A DNA stretch of 64,000 nucleotides from an uncultured Chloroflexia bacterium (GTDB lineage: Bacteria > Chloroflexota > Limnocylindria > Limnocylindrales > CSP1-4): the NCBI GenBank assembly GCA_963746845.1, contig CAVVCZ010000004.1, forward strand, positions 640,001-704,000, written 5' to 3'. The position numbers were made by a program, and so were the translations under genes. Within the stretch, counting starts at the first letter, position 1. The number at the start of each line of letters is the position of its first letter. The notes under the pieces are model-generated. The model ran no database searches. It was not told where the DNA came from and worked only from the letters and a program-made list of their open reading frames with translations. Positions 28,255 to 37,805 of the stretch are shown in pieces.

Positions 28255-28482
28255 ACGCGACGATCGGGACATGCCCATCGGCGTCGCCTCCAGAGAGCCG
28301 GGCCACGGCTGCGAGCCCGGCGGCGCACGACGATCCAGGCACCACCCGTGAGCGACCGGCGAACCGGTCCGGGATCCGCCCGTTAGCGCGGCTACGAGGG
28401 CGCGACGCCGGAAGGCGTCGCGAACGCGGGTGGAACCGCGGGAGGCAAGGACCTCTCGTCCTGCAGGGCGAGAGGTTTCGTG
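28255..28482 (+). promoter_or_regulatory. T-box riboswitch (Thr, ACC specifier) controlling thrS
   Basis: Stem I with CAGAGAG and GCTG boxes; ACC specifier at 28341-28343; CCGTTA box; T-box GGGTGGAACCGCG at 28428-28440; terminator ACCTCTCGTCCT/AGGGCGAGAGGT at 28451-28476. Confidence 0.9.
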
Positions 28483-28501
28483 ATTCTCGGAGGATCGAGC
28501 G

Positions 28502-30349
28502 GTGGCAGACGAACGGGACGACGCGGCGATCGCGCTCGACGATGAGCCGCTGTTCGAGGCGCCCGAGCGGGGCTCCGCAGACGAGCTGCTGGACGCCGGC
28601 GCCCATGACGAGCTGGACGCGATGCGTCACTCGGCCGCACACGTGATGGCCGAGGCGGTCCTCGAGCTCTTCCCGGGGACGCAGCTCGGGATCGGCCCGG
28701 CGATCAAGGACGGCTTCTACTACGACTTCAAGCTCGATCGGCCGCTCACGCCAGACGACCTGGCGGCGATCGAGGAGCGGATGGCGGCGTCGGTGGCCGC
28801 CGACCAGCCGTTCGTCCGCCGCGACCTGTCGCCGGAGGAGGGGAGGGCCTTCTTCGTCGAGCGGGACCAGCCGTTCAAGGTGGAGATCCTGGACGACCTT
28901 GCCGCGAAGGCGAAGGCGACCGACAGCCCGATGCCGCCGACGAGCGTCTACGAGCACGGTTCGTTCGTGGACCTGTGCAAGGGCCCGCATGTGGCGAGCA
29001 CGGGCAAGATCGGCCCGTTCAAGCTCCTGGCCGTCTCCGGCGCCTACTGGCGGGGCGACCAGACGCGCCCGGCCCTCCAGCGGGTCTACGGCACGGTCTG
29101 GGAGACCCAGGCCGACCTCGATGCCTACCTCTGGCGACGCGAGGAGGCGAAGAAGCGCGACCATCGTCGGCTCGGCGTCCAGCTGGACCTGTACAGCTTC
29201 CACGACGTCTCGCCCGGCTCGGCGTTCTGGCACCCGAAGGGCCAGCGGATCTGGCGCACGCTCGAGGGTGCCATGCGCGAGCTTCAGACGAGGTACGGCT
29301 ACGACGAGGTGAGCACGCCGATCCTCGTGTCGCATCGCGTCTGGCAGCAGTCCGGCCACTGGGACCACTACCGCGACAACATGTTCATCCTCGACATCGA
29401 GGGTCAGCCGTATTCGCTGAAGCCGATGAACTGCCCGGAGAGCACGTTCATCTACCGGTCGCGGCTGCGGTCCTATCGCGACCTGCCGCTGCGCTACGCG
29501 GAGTACGGGCGGCTCCATCGGAACGAGCTGTCCGGTGCGTTGTCGGGGCTGACGCGCGTCCGCCAGTTCATCCAGGACGACGGCCATGTCTACGTCCGGC
29601 CGGACCAGCTCCAGGCCGAGATCTCGATGCTGATCGCGATGATCCGCGAGGCGTACGGCTGGTTCGGGCTCGAGCCCCGCTACACGTTCGCGACGCGTCC
29701 CGACGGGGCGATCGGCGACCCGGCCCTGTGGGACCGCGCCGAGGGCTACATCAAGGCGGCCCTCGAGGCCGCCGGCGTGCCGTACCGGGTCAAGCCGAAG
29801 GACGGCACGTTCTACGCTCCGAAGATCGACATCTACATCGACGACGCGCTGGGTCGCGAGTGGCAGATGGCGACGATCCAGGCCGACCTGACGATGCTCC
29901 CCGAGCGGTTCGACCTGACCTACATCGACGAGGAGGGCAAGCCCCAGCGCCCGATCGCCGTCCATCGTGCGATCTACGGCTCGCTGGAGCGGTTCATCGG
30001 GATCCTCGTCGAGCACTTCGGCGGGGCGTTCCCGCTGTGGGTCGCACCCGTCCAGGCGGTCGTGATCCCGATCGCCGATCGCCATGTCGACGCGGCGCGC
30101 GAGCTTGCGGGGGTCCTCGGCGCCCGCGGGCTCCGGGTGGAGGTCGACGACTCGTCGAACCGGATGCAGTACAAGATCCGGACGGCCCAGGAGCAGAAGG
30201 TCCCGTACATGGTCGTGCTGGGCGACCGGGAGATCGAGGCGCGCACGGCGTCGCCACGGACGCGGAGCGGCGAGCAGCAGCCCGCTGAGGGCTGGGACGA
30301 GCTCGCGGACCGGCTCGCCGAGGAGGTCCAGGAACGACGCGTGGAATAA
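28502..30349 (+). CDS. thrS: threonine--tRNA ligase
   Basis: RHSAAH and DLCKGPH editing motifs, RDHRRLG, KPMNCP, HRNELSG, HRAIYGSLERF; GGAGG RBS. Confidence 0.96.
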   Translation: MADERDDAAIALDDEPLFEAPERGSADELLDAGAHDELDAMRHSAAHVMAEAVLELFPGTQLGIGPAIKDGFYYDFKLDRPLTPDDLAAIEERMAASVAADQPFVRRDLSPEEGRAFFVERDQPFKVEILDDLAAKAKATDSPMPPTSVYEHGSFVDLCKGPHVASTGKIGPFKLLAVSGAYWRGDQTRPALQRVYGTVWETQADLDAYLWRREEAKKRDHRRLGVQLDLYSFHDVSPGSAFWHPKGQRIWRTLEGAMRELQTRYGYDEVSTPILVSHRVWQQSGHWDHYRDNMFILDIEGQPYSLKPMNCPESTFIYRSRLRSYRDLPLRYAEYGRLHRNELSGALSGLTRVRQFIQDDGHVYVRPDQLQAEISMLIAMIREAYGWFGLEPRYTFATRPDGAIGDPALWDRAEGYIKAALEAAGVPYRVKPKDGTFYAPKIDIYIDDALGREWQMATIQADLTMLPERFDLTYIDEEGKPQRPIAVHRAIYGSLERFIGILVEHFGGAFPLWVAPVQAVVIPIADRHVDAARELAGVLGARGLRVEVDDSSNRMQYKIRTAQEQKVPYMVVLGDREIEARTASPRTRSGEQQPAEGWDELADRLAEEVQERRVE

Positions 30350-30383
30350 CGGCCCGTGAAGCGCGCCCGATCACGATGTCCGG

Positions 30384-31133
30384 GTGGACGCGCTTCGGTT
30401 CGGTCGGCAGTTCCGGGCGCTGCGGATCCGGCATCGCAAGCGCCAGATCGATCTCTCGGCCGAGTCGGGTCTCTCGCGGTCGTTGATCGCCGCCATCGAT
30501 CGAGGTCAGATCGCCGGCGTGACGGTCGGATCGTTGGCTCGCGCCGCCGAGACGCTTGGTGCGGACGTCGACATCCGGCTCCGATGGCGTGGCGAGCAGC
30601 TGGATCGGCTCCTCGACAGAGACCACGCGCGCGTCGTCGAGGCGATCGTGGGCCGTCTGCGAGGTAGCGGCTGGACGATCGAGGTCGAAGCATCGTTCAA
30701 CATCTGGGGTGAGCGCGGTTCGATCGACGTCCTTGCGTTCCATCCGGGGTTCGGCGCGCTCCTGGTCGTCGAGTGCAAGTCGGTCGTCCCGGATTCGCAG
30801 GCGATGATCCATGCGCTGGACCGCAAGACCCGCCTGGCGGGCGATCTGGCGAAGAAGCGCGGCTGGCACCTGCGGCACACGAGCCGTCTCCTCGCCATCG
30901 CATCGGCGGCCACGGCGCGGCGTCGGATCGCGGAGCTCGGAGCGACCTACGGCGTCGCGTTTCCGGTCCGTGGGACGACGGCTCGCACCTACCTGAAGCG
31001 CCCGACCGCATCGATCAGTGGGTTGCTGTTCGTCTCAATTGACAATCACGCGGGCGCAAGGACGCGCACGGCCGGACACCAGCGCGTCAGGAGGCCGAGA
31101 GAGGCTCATCCGACCACCCACGACGGCGGATGA
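30384..31133 (+). CDS. XRE-type HTH fused to a PD-(D/E)xK restriction-endonuclease-like domain
   Basis: N-terminal RQIDLSAESGLSRSLIAAIDRG; C-terminal EASFN...GERGSIDVLA...LVVECKS. Confidence 0.7.
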   Translation: MDALRFGRQFRALRIRHRKRQIDLSAESGLSRSLIAAIDRGQIAGVTVGSLARAAETLGADVDIRLRWRGEQLDRLLDRDHARVVEAIVGRLRGSGWTIEVEASFNIWGERGSIDVLAFHPGFGALLVVECKSVVPDSQAMIHALDRKTRLAGDLAKKRGWHLRHTSRLLAIASAATARRRIAELGATYGVAFPVRGTTARTYLKRPTASISGLLFVSIDNHAGARTRTAGHQRVRRPREAHPTTHDGG

Positions 31134-31200
31134 GAAGGATCGAAAGCCACGTCCCGTCGCCTTGATGGATACGGTCAACATGGCTGTCAATTGAGCGGAA
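31029..31200. repeat. imperfect 22-bp inverted repeat with perfect 11-bp core CTCAATTGACA/TGTCAATTGAG
   Basis: Arms at 31029-31050 and 31179-31200; cores at 31034-31044 and 31185-31195. Confidence 0.7.
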
Positions 31201-31240
31201 CCGGCCGCGCTGGAGTCGCCAGCGGACGCCCGTCGGCCGA

Positions 31241-31270
31241 TTGCCCGGGTCGGAAACGCTGTGCTATCGT
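31241..31270 (+). promoter_or_regulatory. promoter of infC-rpmI-rplT
   Basis: TTGCCC-N18-TATCGT with extended TG. Confidence 0.55.
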
Positions 31271-31348
31271 TCCCGTCCGACTGGCGCCCCGGGCGCCGCG
31301 TGTCCGCGCGCCGGTCGAAGCAATCGGAATCGCTCGAAGGGGTCAGCC

Positions 31349-32215
31349 ATAGCACGAGACCTGCGCGTCAACCAGATGATCAGGATCCCTCAGGTCCGGG
31401 TCGTCGATGAAGAGGGAGCCCAGCTGGGTGTGATGCCCACGCCCCAGGCCCTCGCCATGGCGCAGGAACGGGGGCTCGACCTCGTCGAGGTTGCCCCGCT
31501 GGCCTCACCGCCGGTCGTCAAGTTCCTCGACTTCGGTCAGTACAAGTACGAGCTGACCAAGCGCGAGAAGGAGAACAAGCGCCGGCAGCGCTCGGTGACG
31601 TTCAAGGAGGTCCGCCTCTCGCCGAAGATCGGCCAGGGCGACTTCGACACGAAGGTCCATCGGGCGATCGAGTTCCTCGAGGACGGGGACCGGATCAAGG
31701 TCACCGTGCGGTTCCGGGGTCGGGAGCTGACCCACCCGGAGCTCGGTCGCAACATGCTGATGAAGTTCACGGACAGGATCAAGGAACACGGGGTCGCGGA
31801 ACGGGCACCGCTCCTCGAAGGGAAGTCGATGCACCTCACGGTCGCGTCGCTCCACAAGCCCAGGGAGCACGAGGCCAGCCAGAAGCCACGACCGACCGAT
31901 GGGGCGGCCGAGGCGCAGACCGAGGCCCCGGCAGAGGCACCCGTGGCGGCGAAGTCCGCCGAGTCGACCGCCGAGCCGACCGCCGCACCGACGAAGCAGC
32001 CGGCACCGGCAAAGGAGCCGGTCACGGCGAAGGAGCCGGCACCGGCAAAGGAGCCGGCAACGGCAGCCACGACTCCGGCGCCGGCCGAGCCGGCGAAGGT
32101 GCCGGCGTCGGCCCGGGGCGCATCGCGCAGCAATGGAACGAGCGGGGCCGCGCCCACGGCCGCCAGAACGAGCGAGACGCCGGAGCCAGCGGCGCCGGCA
32201 GCCACAGGAGAGTAG
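31349..32215 (+). CDS. infC: translation initiation factor IF-3, non-canonical ATA start, long Ala/Pro/Lys/Glu C-terminal tail
   Basis: RVNQMIR...GLDLVEVAP...KEVRLSPKI...RFRGRE; GAAGGGG RBS 6 nt before the ATA. Confidence 0.93.
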   Translation: MARDLRVNQMIRIPQVRVVDEEGAQLGVMPTPQALAMAQERGLDLVEVAPLASPPVVKFLDFGQYKYELTKREKENKRRQRSVTFKEVRLSPKIGQGDFDTKVHRAIEFLEDGDRIKVTVRFRGRELTHPELGRNMLMKFTDRIKEHGVAERAPLLEGKSMHLTVASLHKPREHEASQKPRPTDGAAEAQTEAPAEAPVAAKSAESTAEPTAAPTKQPAPAKEPVTAKEPAPAKEPATAATTPAPAEPAKVPASARGASRSNGTSGAAPTAARTSETPEPAAPAATGE

Positions 32216-32221
32216 GACCAC

Positions 32222-32419
32222 GTGCCGAAGATCAAGAGCCACAAGGCCGCCCAGAAGCGGATCGGCGCGACGGGCAGCGGGAAGGTGATCCGCGTCAAGG
32301 CCTGGCGTGGCCACCATCTCGAGATCAAGTCGTCGCGGCGGACCCGGCGGTACGCCGGCAAGGCGCTGATGACGGGCGTCCACGCCAAGCAGGTCCGGCG
32401 CCTGCTGCCGTACCTGTAG
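32222..32419 (+). CDS. rpmI: 50S ribosomal protein L35
   Basis: [13 protein letters not shown]...TGSGK...LLPY; position after infC. Confidence 0.95.
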   Translation: MPKIKSHKAAQKRIGATGSGKVIRVKAWRGHHLEIKSSRRTRRYAGKALMTGVHAKQVRRLLPYL

Positions 32420-32429
32420 GAGCAGATCG

Positions 32430-32780
32430 ATGGCACGAGTCAAGCGCGGCGTCACGTCGCACCGGCGCCACAAGCGCCTGCTGAACGCCGCCGAGGGTCG
32501 CAAGGGCGCGAAGTCGCGGCTGGTCAAGGTCGCGCGCGAGGCGAACCTCCACGCGATGGCCTACGCGACGCGCGACCGCAAGCAGCGCAAGCGCCAGATG
32601 CGCGAGCTGTGGATCGTCCGGATCAACGCCGCGGCGCGTCAGAACGGGATGACCTACGGGGCGTTCGTCGCCGGCCTGAAGAAGGCCGAGATCGAGCTCG
32701 ATCGCAAGACGCTCGCCGATGTCGCGGTTCGCGATGCCGGAACCTTTACGAGGATCGTCGAGGCCGTGAAGGGCGCCTGA
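32430..32780 (+). CDS. rplT: 50S ribosomal protein L20
   Basis: MARVKRGV...[23 protein letters not shown]. Confidence 0.97.
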   Translation: MARVKRGVTSHRRHKRLLNAAEGRKGAKSRLVKVAREANLHAMAYATRDRKQRKRQMRELWIVRINAAARQNGMTYGAFVAGLKKAEIELDRKTLADVAVRDAGTFTRIVEAVKGA

Positions 32781-32794
32781 AGGGGCAACCGATC

Positions 32795-32832
32795 GAACCC
32801 TCGACCGACACAATGGTCGAGGGTTCTTGATT
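32795..32832 (+). terminator. hairpin between rplT and pheS, probable terminator or attenuator
   Basis: Perfect 12-bp stem GAACCCTCGACC/GGTCGAGGGTTC followed by TTGATT. Confidence 0.6.
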
Positions 32833-32849
32833 CTCCGATCGAGGAAGAC

Positions 32850-33899
32850 GTGGAGCTGACCGAACTGACCCGCGATCTCGAGGCCCTGCGCGACGAGGCG
32901 CTGGCGGCGATCGCGGCCGCCCCGGACGTGCCCGCGCTCGAGGCGATCGAGCTGGACGTCCTCGGCAAGAAGGGCCGGCTCACGGCCGTCCTGCGGGGGA
33001 TCGGCGGCCTGCCGCCGGAGGACCGGCCCCGGGTCGGGGCGATCGCGAACGAGGTCCGCGGGGCGATCGAGGCAGCGCTCGGGGATCGGGGCGGGAATCT
33101 GCGCGGTGCCGCGCTCGAGGACCGGCTGCGCGACGAGGCGGTCGACGTCACGACGCCGGGCCGGCCGATCCGGCGCGGTGCCCTCCACCCGATCCACGAG
33201 ACCGTCAACGAGATCGCCGCCATCTTCGGCCAGTTCGGGTTCGTGACCTACGAGGGCCCCGAGGTCGAGGACGACGTCACGAACTTCCAGATGCTGAACA
33301 TCCCGCCGGACCACCCCGCGCGGGATCTGTGGGACACGCTCTACGTCGACGTCGAGGGCCACCTGCTCCGGACCCACACCTCGCCCGGCCAGATCCGGGT
33401 GATGACCTCCACGAAGCCGCCGATCCGGGCCCTGCTGCCCGGCCGCTGCTACCGCTACGAGGCCGTCGACGCGAGCCACGCGTCGGAGTTCTTCCAGGTC
33501 GAGGGCCTGATGGTCGACGAAGGCACGACGATGGGCGACCTGAAGGGCCTCCTCGACCAGTTCGCGAAGGCGATGTACGGCTCCGACAAGCGGACGCGCT
33601 TCCGGCCCGGCTATTACCCGTTCACGGAGCCGTCGGTCGCGTTCGACGTCGAGTGCCTCGTGTGCGGTGGTTCGGGCTGCCCGGCCTGCTCGCGGACGGG
33701 CTGGATGACGATCCTCGGCGCCGGGATGGTCCACCCGGTCGTCCTCCAGTACGGCGGCCTCGACCCAGAGCGCTACCAGGGGTTCGCGTTCGGGATGGGG
33801 GTCGAGCGGATCGCGAACCTGCGCCATTCGGTCGGCGACCTCCGGCTGTACATGGAGAACGACCTCCGGTTCCTCGACCAGTTCGTGCCGGCCGGGTAG
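32850..33899 (+). CDS. pheS: phenylalanine--tRNA ligase alpha subunit
   Basis: HPARD, LLRTHTSPGQ, FPFTEPS-like YPFTEPS, GFAFGMGVER. Confidence 0.97.
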   Translation: MELTELTRDLEALRDEALAAIAAAPDVPALEAIELDVLGKKGRLTAVLRGIGGLPPEDRPRVGAIANEVRGAIEAALGDRGGNLRGAALEDRLRDEAVDVTTPGRPIRRGALHPIHETVNEIAAIFGQFGFVTYEGPEVEDDVTNFQMLNIPPDHPARDLWDTLYVDVEGHLLRTHTSPGQIRVMTSTKPPIRALLPGRCYRYEAVDASHASEFFQVEGLMVDEGTTMGDLKGLLDQFAKAMYGSDKRTRFRPGYYPFTEPSVAFDVECLVCGGSGCPACSRTGWMTILGAGMVHPVVLQYGGLDPERYQGFAFGMGVERIANLRHSVGDLRLYMENDLRFLDQFVPAG

Positions 33900-33905
33900 G
33901 CGACC

Positions 33906-36446
33906 GTGCGCGTCCCGCTGTCCTGGTTCCGTGACTACGTCGACGTCGATCTCGAGCCCGAGGTCCTCGCCGAGCGGCTGACCCTGCTCGGGATGGAGGT
34001 CAAGGGCATCGAGCGGTGGGGCGACGACTGGCGGAACGTCGTCGTCGGCGAGCTGCTGAGCGTCGAGAAACATCCGAGAGCCGACCGGCTGTCGCTCACG
34101 AGCGTGCGGGTGGGCATGGACGGCGCCGAGCCGCTCGCGATCGTGTGCGGGGCGACCAACATCGCCGCCGGGCAGCGCGTCCCGGTCGCCCTGCCCGGTG
34201 CGATCCTGCCCGGCGACCGCCGGATCGAGCGGACCGAGAAGATGGGCGTCGTCAGCAACGGGATGCTCTGCTCGGGCGACGAGCTCAACCTGACCGGCGA
34301 CGCGGACGGCATCCTGATCCTGCCGCCGGACGCGCCGATCGGCATGCCCCTCGCGGACCTCTACGGCGACGTCGTCCTCGACATCGACGTGAAGCCGAAC
34401 CGCGGCGACGCGCTGTCGCTGATCGGGCTCGCCCGCGAAGTCGGGGCGATCACCGGCGCGCCGCTCCACTGGCCCCAGACCGATCCCGTGGAGGACGACC
34501 GCGATGTCGCCGGCCTCCTCGTCGTCGACGTCCGTGACACGGCCTGGTGCCCGCGGTTCGTCGGGCGCTGGGTGGACGGCGTGACCGTCGGTCCGTCACC
34601 GGATCGCGTGCAGATGCGCCTGCGCGCCGCCGGCCAGCGGCCGATCAGCAACGTCGTCGACGTCAGCAACTACGTGATGCTCGAGCTCGGCAAGCCGATC
34701 CATACGTACGACGCGGATGGCGTCGCGGCCGACGCGCAGGGGAGACGCGAGCTCGTCGTCCGGCGCGCCGTCGCCGGGGAGCGGCTCGAGACGATCGATC
34801 ACGTCGCGCGGGATCTCGACACGGAGACGTTGCTGATCGCGGACGCGCGGGGCCCGCTCGGGATCGCCGGGATCGTGGGCGGCACGAGTTCCGAGGTGTC
34901 CGAGGCAACGACAAGGGTGATCGTCGAGAGCGCCGTCTTCGACCCGATCCTCATCCGGCGCACCGGCCAGCGCTACGCCCTCCGCTCCGAGGCAAGCCTG
35001 CGGTTCGAGAAGGGCCAGGAGACGCGACTCGCCCGGATCGGGGCGGATCGCGCCGCGCGGCTGGTGGCGGAGTGGGCCGGCGGCTCCGTGACCCGCGGCC
35101 GCGTCGACAGCGCGCCCTCCGAGCCGGGACCCACCCGCGTCCCGTTCCGACCGGCCCGCGTGAACCGGCTCCTCGGGACCGCCATCACCGAAGACGAGCA
35201 GCGCGCGCTCCTCGACCGGGTGGGCGTCCGGACAGAGCCCGCGACGAGTGACCCGGCCGATCTCCGCGTCCGGATCGCCGCCGGCTCGCGACCGCTTGCC
35301 ACGGACGGGGTCGATCCGGCCGGGCTGCTCGTGGCGGTCGTCCCCACGTGGCGGCGCGACATCGCGATCGAGGGGGACATCACCGAGGAGGTGATCCGCG
35401 TCCGGGGCTACGAGACGGTCCCGGAGATCCTGCCGCACACCCCGATGCCCGCCTATCGGCCTTCGCCGCTCGTCATCCGCGACCGCGTTCGCGAGACGCT
35501 CGCCGGCGCGGGCCTGACCGAGGCGGTCAGCCACGCCCTCGTCTCGGTCGGGGCAGCAGGGCGGTTTGCGTGGTCCGCGGAGACCGCCGCCGTGACGGGC
35601 GGGACGCCGGCCGCCGGTCGGCCGATCCGGGTCACGAACCCGCTATCGGCCGACCACTCGGTCCTCCGGCGGTCCGTGGTCGGAAGCCTGGTCGAGATCG
35701 CCTCGGCCAACCTCCGCCGAGGCCGGGGCGACGTCGCGATCTTCGAGATCGGCAAGGGATACGGCGACGACGCCGGCGTGATCCGCGAATGGTGGCGACT
35801 CGGGTTCGCGCTCACCGGGGCGGCAGAGGAGCCGTCCTGGAACCGGCCGCCCCGGTCGTTCGATCTCGACGACGCCAAGGGGGTGATCGAGCTCGTCTGT
35901 CGCCGGCTCGGGCTGACGTCGCCGGGGTACACACCGCTGGTCGACGAGCCGCTTCTCCATCCCGGGCGCGGGGCGAGCGTCACGGCCGCACGCGCATCAG
36001 GAGCGGACGCCGGGGACATCGCCCTGTCCGGCGTCGTCGGCGAGCTCCATCCGGCCGTCGCCTCGGCGATCGACCTCCGGGGCGCCAGCCTGATCGTGGC
36101 GGAGATCGACGTGAGTGGCCTCGCCGGCGGCTCGGTCGTGGATCGGGCGGTCGGTGCGCCGTCGCGTCACCCGGCCGCGGAGCGTGACCTGGCCGTCGTC
36201 GTCCACGAGGACGTGCCCGCCGCGAGCGTCGAGCGGGCCATCCGCTCGGCTGCGGGCGCGAATCTGGTCGATCTGCGCCTGTTCGACGTCTATCGTGGCG
36301 CGCCGCTGGCGGGTGACGAGAAGAGCGTCGCCTGGCGGCTCGTGTTCCAGGCCCCGGACCGCACGCTCACCGACGCGGACGTGGACGGGGCGATCGAATC
36401 GATCACGAAGGCCCTCGCGGCACTTGGTGGGCGGATCAGGACCTGA
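33906..36446 (+). CDS. pheT: phenylalanine--tRNA ligase beta subunit
   Basis: HPRADRL, IVCGATN, PNRGDALS, RFEKG, C-terminal FDX-ACB domain. Confidence 0.96.
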   Translation: MRVPLSWFRDYVDVDLEPEVLAERLTLLGMEVKGIERWGDDWRNVVVGELLSVEKHPRADRLSLTSVRVGMDGAEPLAIVCGATNIAAGQRVPVALPGAILPGDRRIERTEKMGVVSNGMLCSGDELNLTGDADGILILPPDAPIGMPLADLYGDVVLDIDVKPNRGDALSLIGLAREVGAITGAPLHWPQTDPVEDDRDVAGLLVVDVRDTAWCPRFVGRWVDGVTVGPSPDRVQMRLRAAGQRPISNVVDVSNYVMLELGKPIHTYDADGVAADAQGRRELVVRRAVAGERLETIDHVARDLDTETLLIADARGPLGIAGIVGGTSSEVSEATTRVIVESAVFDPILIRRTGQRYALRSEASLRFEKGQETRLARIGADRAARLVAEWAGGSVTRGRVDSAPSEPGPTRVPFRPARVNRLLGTAITEDEQRALLDRVGVRTEPATSDPADLRVRIAAGSRPLATDGVDPAGLLVAVVPTWRRDIAIEGDITEEVIRVRGYETVPEILPHTPMPAYRPSPLVIRDRVRETLAGAGLTEAVSHALVSVGAAGRFAWSAETAAVTGGTPAAGRPIRVTNPLSADHSVLRRSVVGSLVEIASANLRRGRGDVAIFEIGKGYGDDAGVIREWWRLGFALTGAAEEPSWNRPPRSFDLDDAKGVIELVCRRLGLTSPGYTPLVDEPLLHPGRGASVTAARASGADAGDIALSGVVGELHPAVASAIDLRGASLIVAEIDVSGLAGGSVVDRAVGAPSRHPAAERDLAVVVHEDVPAASVERAIRSAAGANLVDLRLFDVYRGAPLAGDEKSVAWRLVFQAPDRTLTDADVDGAIESITKALAALGGRIRT

Positions 36447-36536
36447 GTCCTGTTGTTTCCGCCAATTCGGCGCTGCTACCCTGTGCCGGCCCTCCCGCGC
36501 CAATCGGGGGTCAGGGTTCTCTGCTGAGGAGCGTTC

Positions 36537-37109
36537 GTGGACATCGGCTCCATCAATCGGTTCGACATCCTGGTCGTGCTGCTGTGCTTCGGGTTCTTCG
36601 TGCTGGGCTATGTCCAGGGCACGATCCGGCGCGTGCTCGGGCTCGCCTCGATGCTGTTCGCGTTCCTGTTCGCGGCGAACCTGCGCGACTCGCTCGGGAG
36701 CTACCTCGCGCTCAACTGGAACCAGTTCCCGGACGAGTACGCCGTGATGCTCGGGTTCGGCATCGTGTTCGTCGCCGCGTCGATCGCGTTCACGATCGTG
36801 ATCCAGGCCTTCTATCACAAGCAGGACCTGTTCAAGAAGGCGACGTTCGCCGACGAGCTGATCGGGGGGCTGCTCGGGATCGTCCAGGCGCTGCTCCTCG
36901 TCGGGTGCGTGATCGTGATCCTCGACTCGTTCTTCAAGATCCCGACGATGGTCCAGTCCGACGGGGAGATCCCGTTCATCCGGAACTTCTGGGACGTCCT
37001 CAACACCTCCACGACCGCAGAGCTCTTCCGGACCCGGCTGATCCCGGCGTTCATCACCGTCTTCGGGCTGCTGATCCCGCAGGACATCCAGAACATCTAC
37101 ATCAGCTGA
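36537..37109 (+). CDS. CvpA family membrane protein
   Basis: FDILVV...GYVQG, DELIGGLLG; GAGGAG RBS; usual position between pheT and mutS2. Confidence 0.8.
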   Translation: MDIGSINRFDILVVLLCFGFFVLGYVQGTIRRVLGLASMLFAFLFAANLRDSLGSYLALNWNQFPDEYAVMLGFGIVFVAASIAFTIVIQAFYHKQDLFKKATFADELIGGLLGIVQALLLVGCVIVILDSFFKIPTMVQSDGEIPFIRNFWDVLNTSTTAELFRTRLIPAFITVFGLLIPQDIQNIYIS

Positions 37110-37125
37110 CCGCGGGCGGGCTCGC

Positions 37126-37803
37126 GTGAGCCCTGACCTGCGCGATGTGCTCGCCGGCCCGACGCTCGCAGCCGCGCACGCACTGCTCGGGGCGAGGATC
37201 GTCCGGGACGACGACACCGGGCGGCGCGTCGTGCGGATCGTGGAGGTCGAGGCGTACGTCGGCGAGGACGACCGCGCCTCGCACGCCCGCTTCGGCCGGA
37301 CCGCCCGGAACGCGGTCATGTACGGGCCTCCGGGAATGGCCTACGTGTACCTTGTCTACGGGATGCACGACTGCCTCAACATCATCACGGAGCCCGCCGG
37401 CCGCCCGGCGGCGCTGCTCGTCCGTGCCGTCGAGCCGATCGACGGGATCGAGCTCATGCGGGCCAGCCGCGCCCGCCGCGCCGCCGAGCGACGACGTGTT
37501 GCGCCGCCGGCTCGCACGAGCCAGACGGCAAGCCCCGTCGTGCCCGCCCACCGGCTCGGCTCCGGACCCGGGCTCGTCTGCGCGATCCTCGATCTCGACC
37601 GGTCGCTCACCGGTGCAGACCTGCTCGACGAGCGGGCGCCCATCCGCCTGGAGGACCGGCCGCGCGAGGAGCCCGCGTCGCGTGTCGTCGCGGGTCCGCG
37701 GGTCGGGATCGGCTACGCCGGCGAGCCCTGGACGACGGTCCCATGGCGGCTGTCGATCGCCGATCACCCGTCCGTCTCGAACCCCAAGCCGTCCTCGGGC
37801 TGA
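37126..37803 (+). CDS. mpg: DNA-3-methyladenine glycosylase (AAG/MPG family)
   Basis: IVEVEAY, YVYLVYGMH, LVRAVEP, GPG, PRVGI. Confidence 0.9.
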   Translation: MSPDLRDVLAGPTLAAAHALLGARIVRDDDTGRRVVRIVEVEAYVGEDDRASHARFGRTARNAVMYGPPGMAYVYLVYGMHDCLNIITEPAGRPAALLVRAVEPIDGIELMRASRARRAAERRRVAPPARTSQTASPVVPAHRLGSGPGLVCAILDLDRSLTGADLLDERAPIRLEDRPREEPASRVVAGPRVGIGYAGEPWTTVPWRLSIADHPSVSNPKPSSG

Positions 37804-37805
37804 CC

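Noticed and set aside
28502-28620. ThrRS lacking the N-terminal TGS domain
   Set aside because: Known variant; editing and catalytic motifs are intact.
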